A stretch of 64,000 nt of DNA from an uncultured Eubacteriales bacterium (GTDB lineage: Bacteria > Acidobacteriota > Aminicenantia > Aminicenantales > Aminicenantaceae): positions 38,962 to 102,961 of the forward strand of contig CAZPBN010000008.1 of the NCBI GenBank assembly GCA_964584935.1. Direction: 5' to 3'. How positions within the stretch are numbered: position 1 is the first letter of the stretch; each line of letters starts with the position of its first letter. The notes under the pieces are model-generated. The model saw only the letters and a program-made list of their open reading frames with translations. It was not told where the DNA came from and searched no databases. This document shows, piece by piece, positions 48,786-59,121 of the stretch. A program made the translations under genes and the position numbers.

Positions 48786-49676
48786 CTATTTTATATATTT
48801 TCCAATAATGAATCTGAGTTTTTCTTTAACCTCTTTGGGTATTTCTTGAGTATGGGTGACAATACAATTTCTCATTGCCTCACTGCATTCACAATCTCCC
48901 CTTCTCTTTGGCTCTAATTCTTTCAACGTATTTTTTATTATTGTTTTGGCATTACTGATGTTTTTTCTCATATTGTCCAGGATCATTTCCACTGACACCT
49001 GTTCCATCTCTTCATGCCAAGCATCATAATCCGTAGAAAGATTCATGGTGGCATAACAGATCTCTGCTTCCCGGCATAATTTTGCTTCCGTAGCTCCGGT
49101 CATGCCAATCACATCACAACCCAGAGAGCGGTATATATTGGATTCGGCTCTGCTCGAAAAAGAAGGCCCCTCAATACACATATAGATCCCTCCTTTGTGT
49201 ACGGGCAAATTGAGTTCCTTGCCCGCATTGTATAGAGATTCCGATAACTGAGGACACACAGGATGAGCAAAACTGATATGAGCTGCGATTCCTTCACCAA
49301 AAAAAGAATTTTTCCGTTTTGTCCTGTCAACAAACTGATCAGAAAAGACAATGTCTCTGGGCTTTATTTCTTCCTTAAGAGATCCCACCGAATTAACAGA
49401 AATGATCCTATCCACGCCCAACATCTTAAAACCATAGATGTTGGCACGATAGTTTATTTCAGAAGGTAAAAATTTATGGCCTCTTCCATGCCTGCTGAGA
49501 AAAGCAACCTTTTTCCCTTCCAGAACACCTATCATATAAGGAGCAGAGGGTTTTCCAAAAGGAGTCACAATATCAATTTCCTTCACATCTTCAATTCCTT
49601 CGATTTCATAAAGACCTGTTCCACCAAGGATTCCTATCTGGATCCGGATATCTTCTAAATCATGATTGTCCGCCAT
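48786..49676 (-). CDS. mtnP: S-methyl-5'-thioadenosine phosphorylase
   Basis: GILGGTG, TPFG.PS, RHGRGH, NYRANI, EGPSFS, IGMT and TDYD motifs; AGGAGG RBS before 49676. Confidence 0.93.
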   Translation of the reverse strand: MADNHDLEDIRIQIGILGGTGLYEIEGIEDVKEIDIVTPFGKPSAPYMIGVLEGKKVAFLSRHGRGHKFLPSEINYRANIYGFKMLGVDRIISVNSVGSLKEEIKPRDIVFSDQFVDRTKRKNSFFGEGIAAHISFAHPVCPQLSESLYNAGKELNLPVHKGGIYMCIEGPSFSSRAESNIYRSLGCDVIGMTGATEAKLCREAEICYATMNLSTDYDAWHEEMEQVSVEMILDNMRKNISNAKTIIKNTLKELEPKRRGDCECSEAMRNCIVTHTQEIPKEVKEKLRFIIGKYIK

Positions 49677-49819
49677 TTTTTCCTCCTTTATTGAAGTTAC
49701 CTGTATATAATTTATATGATAAAAAATCAAGGATTAAAAGGATTGAAGTTCCTCCAATTTTAAATTTCTATAATAAACATCAGAAGCAATAAGCATTGAG
49801 GGTTCTTGTTACAACGATT

Positions 49820-49918
49820 TCGTCAGAAGTAAGACGTGAGACGTGAGATGATATCAAATATAATATCGTTAGAAGTAAGACGTGAGACGTGAGACGTGAG
49901 ATGATATTGAATATAATA
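49820..49918 (+). repeat. two tandem units (46 and 53 bp) built from GTGAGAC heptamers
   Basis: TCGTCAGAAGTAAGAC(GTGAGAC)GTGAGATGATATCAAATATAATA is followed by a near-identical unit with one extra GTGAGAC. Confidence 0.85.
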
Positions 49919-50018
49919 TAATTTCGCAGAACATGAGAAGTCAGATGAGAAATATTTTTGAATCCTTAGTTTAAAAAGTTTTGATTTTTATGAGATAAAC
50001 CATTATTCTATTGAAGTT

Positions 50019-50771
50019 ATGGTTTCAAAAGACAAATTGGATTCTTTAGTAAAAATCCTTAAAAACACAAAAAAGGTCGTCATCTCTACTGGAGCAGGAA
50101 TTTCTGCCGAATCCGGAATACCAACCTTCAGAGGAAAGGATGGCTTATGGAAAAAATACAGAGCCGAAGAGCTTGCCACACCTCAAGCTTTCAGAAATGA
50201 TCCAAAACTTGTCTGGGAATGGTATGAATGGAGACGAAGCATTATCGGAAAGAAAAATCCCAATCCAGGCCATAAAATACTGGCTCAATGGGAGAAAATA
50301 TTTCCGGAATACACTCTGATAACTCAAAATATTGATGGGCTTCATCAAAAAGCAGGCTCGACAAAAGTCCTTGAACTCCACGGAAATATCTGGAAAACAC
50401 GATGCACAAAAACGGAAAAATTATTTGATTGTTTTGATCTCCCTCTTAAGGAAATTCCCCCAGTTTGTCCTGAATGCGGAGCTATACTTAGACCCCATGT
50501 TGTATGGTTCGGGGAATCTCTCCCTCATGAAACGCTCCACCAAGCATTTCAAAAAAGCTCGGACTGTGAAGTGATATTCGTTGTGGGCACTTCTGCCTTT
50601 GTCCAACCGGCTGCATCTCTTCCTTTGTATGCTGCTGAAGGAGGGGCTAAGATCGTGGAAATCAATATCAATTCCACTCCTCTCACATCTCAGTCAGATT
50701 TTTCCTTCTTAGGGAAAGCTGGAGAAATACTCCCCCTCATCAATAATGAACTTGGATTGAAACCGTCCTAA
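50019..50771 (+). CDS. cobB: NAD-dependent protein deacylase (Sir2/CobB, class III)
   Basis: TGAGISAESGIPTFRG, WEWYEWRR, TQNIDGLH, HG, RPHVVWFGE and GTS..VQPAA motifs. Confidence 0.93.
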   Translation: MVSKDKLDSLVKILKNTKKVVISTGAGISAESGIPTFRGKDGLWKKYRAEELATPQAFRNDPKLVWEWYEWRRSIIGKKNPNPGHKILAQWEKIFPEYTLITQNIDGLHQKAGSTKVLELHGNIWKTRCTKTEKLFDCFDLPLKEIPPVCPECGAILRPHVVWFGESLPHETLHQAFQKSSDCEVIFVVGTSAFVQPAASLPLYAAEGGAKIVEININSTPLTSQSDFSFLGKAGEILPLINNELGLKPS

Positions 50772-50788
50772 ATAAGGAAATATGAGGA

Positions 50789-51958
50789 ATGAAATACACT
50801 TACTTTGACGCATCCGCAGGAATAAGCGGGGATATGATCCTTGGAGCTCTAATAGACCTCGGCGTTCCCTCCTCTATATTTAAAGAAAAAATATCTGAAC
50901 TGAAACTTCCAATCGATATCGAAATCAAGGAAGTTCAAAAGAAATCTCTCAGGGGAATGAAGGTCAATGTCACAGTAAACAAAAAAAATCACGGATCTCG
51001 AAAACTATCTGATATTCAAAGTTTTATCGAAAATATTCCTTTTTCCTCATCTGTTAAAAAGAAATCTTTGGAAATATTCAGCAACCTTTTCAAAGCTGAA
51101 TCCCGAGTCCACGGCAGTGAATTATCAGAGGCTCATCTTCACGAAGCTGGCGCCGATGATGCCCTGGCAGATATCATTGGCTGCTGTTTTCTTATAGATT
51201 ATCTCAAAATTAGCAAATTATATTCTTCTCCTTTAAATGTGGGACAAGGATGGGTCAAGGCAGCCCATGGCACACTTCCTGTTCCTCCCCCTGCAGTGGG
51301 AGAGCTTCTGAAAAATATTCCTGTTTATTCAGCCTGGGAAAAAGAAGAACTTGTCACCCCAACCGGAGCAGCCATTATCTCCACTCTGGTCGAAGAATTC
51401 CTTCCTTTTCCCCAACTCATCTATGAAAAAATTGGATATGGGGCAGGAAGCCGGGACCTTTCCAACCTCTCAAATATTTTGCGTGTCTTTTATGGACCTT
51501 TAAAAAATTTCAAACAAGATAAAAAAATTTATGTCATAGAAACAAATATCGATGATTCCAATCCTCAGGTTCTGGGAAGTTTCATTGATCAATCTCTCCA
51601 GCTGGGTGCCCTGGATGTATCTTATACTCCCGTGGTCATGAAAAAAAACCGGCTTGGAACTCAATTGACCATAGTGGCAGAGATTGATAAAATAGATTCT
51701 TTAATAAATTCTATTTTTAGAGAAACAACCACTATCGGAGTCAGATACTTTCCTGTCGAACGGAGAACCCTTAAAAGGGAAAGGCAAAAAGTCGAACTCT
51801 TTGGAGAAGAAATCACAATAAAAATTTCCTATTTGGAGGGGGAAAAAGCCAGTATTCAACCTGAATTTTCTGAATGCCTAAAATTGGCAAAAAAGAAAGA
51901 TTTGCCTGTGAAAGATATTATTCAGATGGCAATACAACAATATCACAAGAATGATTAA
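50789..51958 (+). CDS. larC: nickel pincer cofactor biosynthesis protein LarC
   Basis: GISGDMILGAL, AES.VHG, HLHEAGADD, HGTLPVP.PA, ELVTPTGAA, ETNIDD, MKKNR, ETTTIGVR and PEFSEC motifs. Confidence 0.92.
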   Translation: MKYTYFDASAGISGDMILGALIDLGVPSSIFKEKISELKLPIDIEIKEVQKKSLRGMKVNVTVNKKNHGSRKLSDIQSFIENIPFSSSVKKKSLEIFSNLFKAESRVHGSELSEAHLHEAGADDALADIIGCCFLIDYLKISKLYSSPLNVGQGWVKAAHGTLPVPPPAVGELLKNIPVYSAWEKEELVTPTGAAIISTLVEEFLPFPQLIYEKIGYGAGSRDLSNLSNILRVFYGPLKNFKQDKKIYVIETNIDDSNPQVLGSFIDQSLQLGALDVSYTPVVMKKNRLGTQLTIVAEIDKIDSLINSIFRETTTIGVRYFPVERRTLKRERQKVELFGEEITIKISYLEGEKASIQPEFSECLKLAKKKDLPVKDIIQMAIQQYHKND

Positions 51959-51994
51959 GGAAGGACAAATTTATTCATATAATAGGAGTATAAA

Positions 51995-52576
51995 GTGGAT
52001 CACAAGAAAATAGAAAAAGGTGTCCATCTCATACTGGAAGGAATAGAAGAAGATACCAAACGTCCAGGGATTAAAGATACTCCCCGGAGAGTTGCAAAGA
52101 TGTTATCTGAAATACTGGGAGGAGCGAAAGAAGATCCTTCCAAACAACTGCGGGTAATCGAAGGAGAAAAACATGATGAAATGGTTATTATCCGGAATAT
52201 ACCTTTGTATTCCATGTGTGAACATCATCTTCTTCCCTTCGCCGGAACAGCCCATGTTGCTTATATTCCAAAGGAAGGAAGAATTGTTGGATTGAGTAAA
52301 ATCGCCAGAGTGGTGGATATCATGTCCAGAAGGCTTCAAGTTCAGGAAAGACTCACCAAAGAAATTGCTGACTTGATAAACAACCATCTCAAACCCCTTG
52401 GAGTCATGGTTGTTATCGAGGCAGAACATATGTGTATGTCTATGAGAGGAGCAAAGAAACCTAAATCAATGACCGTGACATCGGCAGTGAGAGGTTCTTT
52501 TCGCAAAAACAGCGCTACCAGAGCAGAAGCCATGACCCTGTTCAAAGGAGGAGTGTTCAGTGACAAAGAAACCTGA
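51995..52576 (+). CDS. folE: GTP cyclohydrolase I
   Basis: [30 protein letters not shown] and HMCMSMRG motifs. Confidence 0.97.
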   Translation: MDHKKIEKGVHLILEGIEEDTKRPGIKDTPRRVAKMLSEILGGAKEDPSKQLRVIEGEKHDEMVIIRNIPLYSMCEHHLLPFAGTAHVAYIPKEGRIVGLSKIARVVDIMSRRLQVQERLTKEIADLINNHLKPLGVMVVIEAEHMCMSMRGAKKPKSMTVTSAVRGSFRKNSATRAEAMTLFKGGVFSDKET

Positions 52577-54497
52577 CAAAGAAACTTTTTACATCACCAC
52601 TCCTATTTATTATGTCAACGACATCCCTCACATTGGCCATGCCTACACCACGATCATAGCCGATACACTCAGCCGTTACAAAAAACTATCTGGATATGAT
52701 GTGTTCTTTTTAACTGGAACTGATGAACATGGACAAAAGGTCCAAAAGTCCGCATCTGAAAAAGGGATGAAACCCATTGAGCTTGCTGATAAAGTGGTAG
52801 GACGGTTTAAGAATCTTTGGAAGTCTTTGAATATTTCTTATGACTTTTTCATTCGCACAACCGAACCTTTTCATGAAAGAGGAATACAAAAAATCTTTCA
52901 AAAACTATATAAAAAGGGTGATATTTATAAAGGAATTTATAAGGGATGGTATTGCATTTCAGATGAAAATTTTTTACCAGAAGATGTTCCTCTTGAACAA
53001 GATGGCTCTAAAATTTGTCCGGATTGTGGTAAAAAAGCAAACCTTGTTTCAGAGGAAACATATTTTTTTAAACTGTCATCTTATCAAGACTGTCTTCTCA
53101 AGCACTACACTCAAAACCCGGATTTTGTTCGGCCCAAAAGCCGTATGAATGAAGTGGTGAGCTTTGTTCAACAAGGTCTTAAAGACTTAAGCATTACCAG
53201 GACTTCAGTCCAGTGGGGTGTTGCCATTCCTGATGATCCGGACCACACGATCTATGTGTGGTTTGATGCCCTTCACAATTATCTAACAGGAATTGGTTTT
53301 GACCGGGATATGGAACTTTTCAATAAATTCTGGCCTGCCACAGTTCAACTTATCGGAAAAGATATCCTTCGGTTCCATGCTGTGTACTGGCTTGCATTCC
53401 TTATGGCAGCAGATTTTTCTCTTCCTAAAACTGTGTTCAGTCACGGCTGGTGGTTGAAAGATGAATCTAAAATGTCCAAATCAAAAGGAAATGTTCTTGA
53501 TCCTCACTCAATTCTGCAAACCTTTGGTGCTGATCCCTTGCGGTATTTCTTACTCAGAGAAATTCCTATTGGGTATGATGGGAATTTCTCTCACGAAGGA
53601 TTTATTCACCGAGTCAATTCCGACCTTGCCAATGACCTCGGGAACTTGGTTCAACGGACTCTCACAATGATTTGCAAATATTTCAACGGAACCATATCAG
53701 AAATCAATCATGAGCAGGAACAAGATAAAAAGCTTCGCCTCGATTTTGAAAAAACTCAAACGAATGTCAGGAAATTCTTTGATGATTATTCTATAAATCG
53801 TGCTTTGGAGGAAATCTGGAATTACATCAATAAAGTAAACCGGTATATTGCCGAAAATGAGCCATGGAAGCTATCCAAGGATAAAACTCAAAGAAAGAGA
53901 CTGGGAAGAGTTCTTTATCAAACAGCGGCAGCCATCAGGGGCATAACTTATCTCTTGTATCCTGTGATCCCTGAATCGTCCCAAAAAATCTGGACTTATC
54001 TAGGAATCGAAGACCCCTTAGAAAAAACACTTTTTGATGAATTGGATTTCAATGATTTTAAAACCAGTCAGAAAATTAAAAAATCCGAACCTCTTTTCCC
54101 AAGGATACTCCTTGAGGATTTTATAAAGGAAGAGGCTGCCCATCAAACAAAGTCTCAACAGGAGGGAAAAATGAACACTGTGACATTTGATGAATTCAAA
54201 AAGATGGACTTGAGAGTTGCGGAAATAAAAAAAGCAGAACGAATTGAAGGAACAGATAAACTCCTCAAACTCGAAGTGGATATTGGAACAGAAACAAGAC
54301 AGCTTGTTGCCGGAATAGCGGAAGTCTATGCCCCGGAGGACTTAATAGGAAAGAAACTCCCTGTTATTGTCAATCTCCAACCGGCAAAAATACGAGGCAT
54401 TGAATCAAAAGGTATGATTCTGGCAACCAGTGTCGAAGGAAAACCGTCTATTTCATTTTTTGATCCAAATATTCCCGCAGGATCTCAAATCACCTAA
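52560..54497 (+). CDS. metG: methionyl-tRNA synthetase with C-terminal tRNA-binding domain
   Basis: [26 protein letters not shown] and KMSKS motifs; C-terminal Trbp111-like domain. Overlaps the end of folE. Confidence 0.97.
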   Translation: MTKKPDKETFYITTPIYYVNDIPHIGHAYTTIIADTLSRYKKLSGYDVFFLTGTDEHGQKVQKSASEKGMKPIELADKVVGRFKNLWKSLNISYDFFIRTTEPFHERGIQKIFQKLYKKGDIYKGIYKGWYCISDENFLPEDVPLEQDGSKICPDCGKKANLVSEETYFFKLSSYQDCLLKHYTQNPDFVRPKSRMNEVVSFVQQGLKDLSITRTSVQWGVAIPDDPDHTIYVWFDALHNYLTGIGFDRDMELFNKFWPATVQLIGKDILRFHAVYWLAFLMAADFSLPKTVFSHGWWLKDESKMSKSKGNVLDPHSILQTFGADPLRYFLLREIPIGYDGNFSHEGFIHRVNSDLANDLGNLVQRTLTMICKYFNGTISEINHEQEQDKKLRLDFEKTQTNVRKFFDDYSINRALEEIWNYINKVNRYIAENEPWKLSKDKTQRKRLGRVLYQTAAAIRGITYLLYPVIPESSQKIWTYLGIEDPLEKTLFDELDFNDFKTSQKIKKSEPLFPRILLEDFIKEEAAHQTKSQQEGKMNTVTFDEFKKMDLRVAEIKKAERIEGTDKLLKLEVDIGTETRQLVAGIAEVYAPEDLIGKKLPVIVNLQPAKIRGIESKGMILATSVEGKPSISFFDPNIPAGSQIT

Positions 54498-54539
54498 CAG
54501 CATCAGTGATTTTAATTCACCAAGAAAGAAGTCAAGAGC

Positions 54540-54692
54540 TTATCTATCTTTCTCTAATTTTTCGATTCGTTTCAGTATATCTTCGTATCTTTTCTGCTGT
54601 TTTTTCAGTTCCTGGATTTGCTTCTGTTGGCTCATAATTTTTTCCTGCTGCATCTTAAGCAATAAGCCCTGTTTCTTAATACAAGATCCCAT
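54540..54692 (-). other. 50-aa coiled-coil ORF, possibly a gene remnant (below the ORF-track cutoff)
   Basis: MGSCIKKQGLLLKMQQEKIMSQQKQIQELKKQQKRYEDILKRIEKLEKDR*. Confidence 0.35.
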
Positions 54693-54879
54693 TGAAAATC
54701 ACCTACACTTCAAAGACAGCTATTGTGTAGGATTGAGCCAAGGACACAAATGTCCAGCTGAAGGTGGGATAGCTATGAGAGACAATCACCAGCTACATAT
54801 CATCTCCTGATGATACGCCTTAATGATGATGCAATAGAATAAAACCCGATGGCAGGAAACTGTATATTTATTATTGACA

Positions 54880-54943
54880 GTCCGTTCGGGGACCGGGCCC
54901 TGCAGAATAGGTTTGGATTGCCCGGTCAAGCCGGCCAATGACA
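54880..54943. repeat. REP-like element (-) next to a 30-bp palindromic element (+)
   Basis: The reverse complement of 54880-54903 is GCAGGGCCCGGTCCCCGAACGGAC. TGGATTGCCCGGTCAAGCCGGCCAATGACA lies at 54914-54943. Confidence 0.7.
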
Positions 54944-55041
54944 TAGGGAATTGTGAGATGTAATAAACGTAAGACGTAAGATAAAAAATATATTGTGCAA
55001 AAGGTTAGATGTAAGATGTGAGACGAAAAAATTGTCGTGAT

Positions 55042-55683
55042 TTATTTTATTTGTTTTTCTATTTCCAAAAAAGGGACCGCTCCTTCCCTCAGGATTTTGG
55101 GTCTTCCAGAAGTTAGGTCAACTACCGTCGAAGGTATTCTTCCTTGAGTTTCTCCTCCATCCACAATTAATGAAACTTTACCTTGAAAGTCTTTCACAAC
55201 CGCATATGGATTTGATATCTCCGACTTACCTGATATATTGGCACTTGTGGCTGTTAGAGGAAACCCGGCTTGCTCGACCAGCTCATGAAGCCATGCTCCT
55301 TTAGGCAAACGAATTCCTATGGAATCACCACGACCAAGCAATTCCTGAGGCAGATTTGATGAAGCTTTCAAAACTACGGTCAAAGGTCCGGGCCACAAAT
55401 TATCCGTGATTTTCCAGAATATATCAGGAATATCAACAGCCAGCTTTTCCACCATATTTCTATTTGAAATGATAATGGATATCGGTTTTGCCTGATCCCT
55501 TCTTTTTATTTTGTATATTAATCGGAGTGCTTTTCTTGAAAAGCAGTTCGCGCCGACTCCGTAAAAAGTATCTGTGGGATAAATGATGATTTCTTCTTTT
55601 TGGAGTGCTTTTGCTATTTCTAATATTTTTTCTTTTTCAACAGTTTCTGTATTAATTTTTATTATTTTTGTCATTACATCCAT
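55042..55683 (-). CDS. tsaC: L-threonylcarbamoyladenylate synthase (TsaC/YrdC)
   Basis: YPTDTFYG, K.R...KP, WPGPLT, TATSANISG, PSTVVD and LREGA motifs. Confidence 0.93.
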   Translation of the reverse strand: MDVMTKIIKINTETVEKEKILEIAKALQKEEIIIYPTDTFYGVGANCFSRKALRLIYKIKRRDQAKPISIIISNRNMVEKLAVDIPDIFWKITDNLWPGPLTVVLKASSNLPQELLGRGDSIGIRLPKGAWLHELVEQAGFPLTATSANISGKSEISNPYAVVKDFQGKVSLIVDGGETQGRIPSTVVDLTSGRPKILREGAVPFLEIEKQIK

Positions 55684-55934
55684 AATATTACAATTTGAAC
55701 AATTATAAAATGGAAAAATTTTTTGACGTTTTTAAAATAAAAAAATAGGACAGTTGACCTTTTTTTAGAACATGGTTTTTTTATATTTTAAAACACAAAA
55801 TTCCTTGTTTAGACATTCCATGAAAAATTATAAAAAATAGAAAATTTTTCTCCTATCCCTCCATAAGAGAGGCTTGAATGACTTGCTGTTTCATCCCTAA
55901 TATTCAACGAAACTTGCCCAATAATTAATTTATT

Positions 55935-55950
55935 TGGCATACTTTTTGCA
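55935..55950 (+). promoter_or_regulatory. sigma54 (-24/-12) promoter
   Basis: TGGCAT-ACTTT-TTGCA with exact spacing, 41 bp upstream of ATG 55992. Confidence 0.75.
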
Positions 55951-55991
55951 GTATAATAATCGAAGTGAGATAATTGAAAGGAGAAACGATA

Positions 55992-56744
55992 ATGAAAAAA
56001 TGGTTCACTATTATCATTATGCTTATCATCCCAAGTCTAGCCTTTTCAGATACTTTTACACTTAGAATAGGCTACTTTATTCCTTTTGCCAAAAGTGACT
56101 TATGGGATATAGAATTTGAAAATATGGATTTCAGTAAAAACAACTTTCAAAGAATTAATCTTGGTTTTTCCTACGAAGGATTTATTACAAATGAAATTAG
56201 TCTGGAAGCAGGAATGGATAACTACAACAGACTTAAATGGGGAATGTACAATGAATACGTTGGCGTCTATACACTAAATGGAGAATTTGCCTTTCCTAAC
56301 AATTATATAAAGGATTTTTCCATCTCCCATAGCTTCAATGTCTCAATGATGCCATTTTTTCTTTCTATGAAAATCACTCCTTTAGGAAGAAGATCAAGAG
56401 TTATTCCCTATATAGGAGGGGGAGTCAATGTATACCTCTGGAGTGTTCGCATTTACGGAGATATGATCGACTTCAGCGACACTTGGTATTATTATGATGA
56501 AGACATTCAAGCTGACATTGAAGTTTATCCCATTTATGAAGTCAACGCTCAAGAAAATGATAATTGGGCAATCGGATATCATGCTTTTTTAGGATTCATG
56601 ATGCCACTGGCAAACAGGATCACTTTTGATTTTGAATTTCGGTATAACTCCGGAAAAGGTGAATTCAAAGACGCTTACCTAGGTTTTCAACCATTTGACC
56701 TCGGAGGATACCAAATTTCTGTATCACTCAATTATTGGTTTTAG
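55992..56744 (+). CDS. outer-membrane beta-barrel protein
   Basis: AGGAG RBS, signal peptide, IPYIGGG and C-terminal ISVSLNYWF beta-signal. Confidence 0.8.
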   Translation: MKKWFTIIIMLIIPSLAFSDTFTLRIGYFIPFAKSDLWDIEFENMDFSKNNFQRINLGFSYEGFITNEISLEAGMDNYNRLKWGMYNEYVGVYTLNGEFAFPNNYIKDFSISHSFNVSMMPFFLSMKITPLGRRSRVIPYIGGGVNVYLWSVRIYGDMIDFSDTWYYYDEDIQADIEVYPIYEVNAQENDNWAIGYHAFLGFMMPLANRITFDFEFRYNSGKGEFKDAYLGFQPFDLGGYQISVSLNYWF

Positions 56745-57260
56745 CTAAAATTTATCATAAGAAATAATTTCTTCCAACGGCTTCCTTCCACGAAAGCGGG
56801 ATTCCTTCGCCGGGTATCCAACAGGTGTTAATGCCAAAACTTTAACATCCCTTGGGATTTCCAAAATCGATTTAACTTCATCCTCTTTAAACGCACCTAT
56901 CCAGCATGTGCCTAAACCCTCTTCCCATGCCTGTAATATCATGTGTTCCAGGGCGATAGCCACATCAATAGGCCATGATTTCATATAACGTCCCATATGA
57001 GCATAGCTTTCCTCAGGAAATCCACATGCGGCAATAACAATTGGAGCCTGTGCGATAAAAGACTGACCGGCACAAGCAGAAACCAGTTTCTCTTTGATGA
57101 TTTTATCTTTAACAACAATAAACTTCCAGGGCTGAAAATTCTTTCCAGAGGGAGCAAGTCTCCCCGCCTCAAGAATCCTAAAAAGGGTTTCTTCAGGAAT
57201 TGAATCAACTTTATATTTTCTAATACTTTTTCTCTCTCTGATTACCTTCAAAATGCTCAT
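56745..57260 (-). CDS. nitroreductase family protein
   Basis: RKSIRKY, LAPSGKN.QPW.F and GLGTCWIG motifs. Confidence 0.93.
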   Translation of the reverse strand: MSILKVIRERKSIRKYKVDSIPEETLFRILEAGRLAPSGKNFQPWKFIVVKDKIIKEKLVSACAGQSFIAQAPIVIAACGFPEESYAHMGRYMKSWPIDVAIALEHMILQAWEEGLGTCWIGAFKEDEVKSILEIPRDVKVLALTPVGYPAKESRFRGRKPLEEIISYDKF

Positions 57261-57276
57261 TATACCTCCCATATTA

Positions 57277-58107
57277 TTAATGATATTTATTTATCAAATC
57301 CAAATATTTTTCAGCTTCATCCAACTTATTTCTTTTTCTGAATCCGTTTTTAAGAATCTCACATTTTCTTTTCAACTCATTTCTAACAAGAACCTTTTGC
57401 TCTGGATTCAGATTGGAACAAAGCGCCTTCTCTAATGCCTTGACTCTAAACCTGTCCATCCCCCAAAATTTCCGGGATAGCTGATCAGAATGCCCTCCTC
57501 TCTTAACGATTAACTTTTTCGGTATCAAATGAATAGGATACTTGCTTGCCAAACGAATACCAAAATCATAATCTTCACAAGCAGGAAGCTGTTCATCAAA
57601 TACGCCGATATCATCAAATATTTTCCTTTTAAATAAAGCCGATGACAGACTCAGGAGACACAAAGGCAAAACCTTATCAAAAATCCATCCAGAATATTTC
57701 CTGTGCTTCTTTTTAGGATTGACAACCACACCCTCCCTTATCCATATTTCTTCTGTATAACAAACAGAAACTTTGGAGAAAGCATCCATAAAATTCATCT
57801 GATTTTTTATTTTATCTTTTTTCCAAAGGTCATCTGAATCCAGAAAGGCAATATAATCCCCCTTAGCTAAGCAAAGTCCTTTATTTCGGGCTGCACTGAC
57901 ACCTTTATGGTCTTGAACATAATATTTAACCTTATTTCCGAAAAATTCAATCACTTTTTTTGTTTCATCTGTAGACCCATCATCAATAATCAACAACTCA
58001 AATCTGTTGCCATTGTGGGCTTGAAAATAACTCTGTTCTAACACAGATGAAATCGCTTCCTTTACAAAATCGGCGCGGTTATAGGTTGGTATAATAACAC
58101 TAATCAT
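57277..58107 (-). CDS. glycosyltransferase family 2
   Basis: SVIIPTYNR, DDGSTD, GVSAARN.G, FLDSDD and CEDYD motifs. Confidence 0.93.
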   Translation of the reverse strand: MISVIIPTYNRADFVKEAISSVLEQSYFQAHNGNRFELLIIDDGSTDETKKVIEFFGNKVKYYVQDHKGVSAARNKGLCLAKGDYIAFLDSDDLWKKDKIKNQMNFMDAFSKVSVCYTEEIWIREGVVVNPKKKHRKYSGWIFDKVLPLCLLSLSSALFKRKIFDDIGVFDEQLPACEDYDFGIRLASKYPIHLIPKKLIVKRGGHSDQLSRKFWGMDRFRVKALEKALCSNLNPEQKVLVRNELKRKCEILKNGFRKRNKLDEAEKYLDLINKYH

Positions 58108-58121
58108 AGATAATATATTGT

Positions 58122-58976
58122 TTATGGAGTTCTCAATACAGTCACTCTTTCACTTTTATCAAAAGGAATATCCAACCATCCCCAAATAGATTTGACTTTA
58201 ACCTCTCCATATATTCGGCACAGGATAGAGTCTTGATGAAGAAGGTTATAGACTTTCTTTCCCACTTCAAAAAAATTAACAAGCAAAGGCAGATTAAATT
58301 CTTTAGTTCCTTGAGCTGATAAATTTTTATCACCTTTAATCCTTCCCTTCCCAACTGGATATTTGTTCAGCTCAAGATTATAACTGATCCTATATACAAA
58401 AAGCTCAAACTTGTTGTTATTCACAAATCTCACATCAAATTCAATATTCGATCCTCCTATGGTTAACTCTTTCACGTTAAGAGAAATGAATTGTACTTTT
58501 GGTTTTTTGAAAATCGGAAACTCTCCCGGAAAAGAAAACCGAATTCTCCCCCTTACTTTTTCTCCATCAGAAAAAGTCATCCCTCCCATAAGGTAACAAT
58601 AAGCTGTGTCATCATCCTTTAAACCGGGGATACTTTCAAAAAGACGGGAATAGGTGATTTTCAGAGGGAAGGAAAGAAGAGACGTATTTTCTTCTTCTAT
58701 TTTAATAGGTTCATCGAGAGAAGTATCCAAATCAATATACTCAATACCATCAATAACAAAATTATGATTATATCCTGTAATATAGTAGGATTCATGAGAA
58801 TCATTTTTTATTTCAAGATAAAAAACAAGTAAAAGACTGGATGGTTCAAATTCCATTATTCTTTTTTCTCTTAAGGAAATAGAAATATCCTTATTGATAT
58901 CTCTTGAAAATCCTGATATTGAAAAGAATAAAATAATCATCCCCGCTATTGATAATATGTTCTGTCTCTTTTTCAT
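58122..58976 (-). CDS. tandem LEA_2/WHy-domain exported protein
   Basis: Signal peptide and two beta-sandwich repeats (LEIKND....ITGYNHNFVIDG; VRFVNNN.F....ISYNLELN). Confidence 0.7.
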   Translation of the reverse strand: MKKRQNILSIAGMIILFFSISGFSRDINKDISISLREKRIMEFEPSSLLLVFYLEIKNDSHESYYITGYNHNFVIDGIEYIDLDTSLDEPIKIEEENTSLLSFPLKITYSRLFESIPGLKDDDTAYCYLMGGMTFSDGEKVRGRIRFSFPGEFPIFKKPKVQFISLNVKELTIGGSNIEFDVRFVNNNKFELFVYRISYNLELNKYPVGKGRIKGDKNLSAQGTKEFNLPLLVNFFEVGKKVYNLLHQDSILCRIYGEVKVKSIWGWLDIPFDKSERVTVLRTP

Positions 58977-59121
58977 TCCACAAACCTTTCCAAAACATCA
59001 GAATACAATAATATAAAATAGAGGACAAGGGTTTAATAATTGTTATTTGACATATCCATCTTTTTACTGTTTACTATTTTATTGAACATTTTTATTATAT
59101 ATTAATATTTAGGAGGTACTT

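Noticed and set aside
44963-49918. Repeat clusters considered as CRISPR arrays
   Set aside because: Few copies, mixed orientation or directly tandem, no regular unique spacers, and no cas genes.
28409-50771. dGTPase and Sir2 considered as anti-phage defence genes
   Set aside because: Both have canonical housekeeping motifs and lengths (Dgt-like, CobB class III) and sit among housekeeping genes, with no defence partners.
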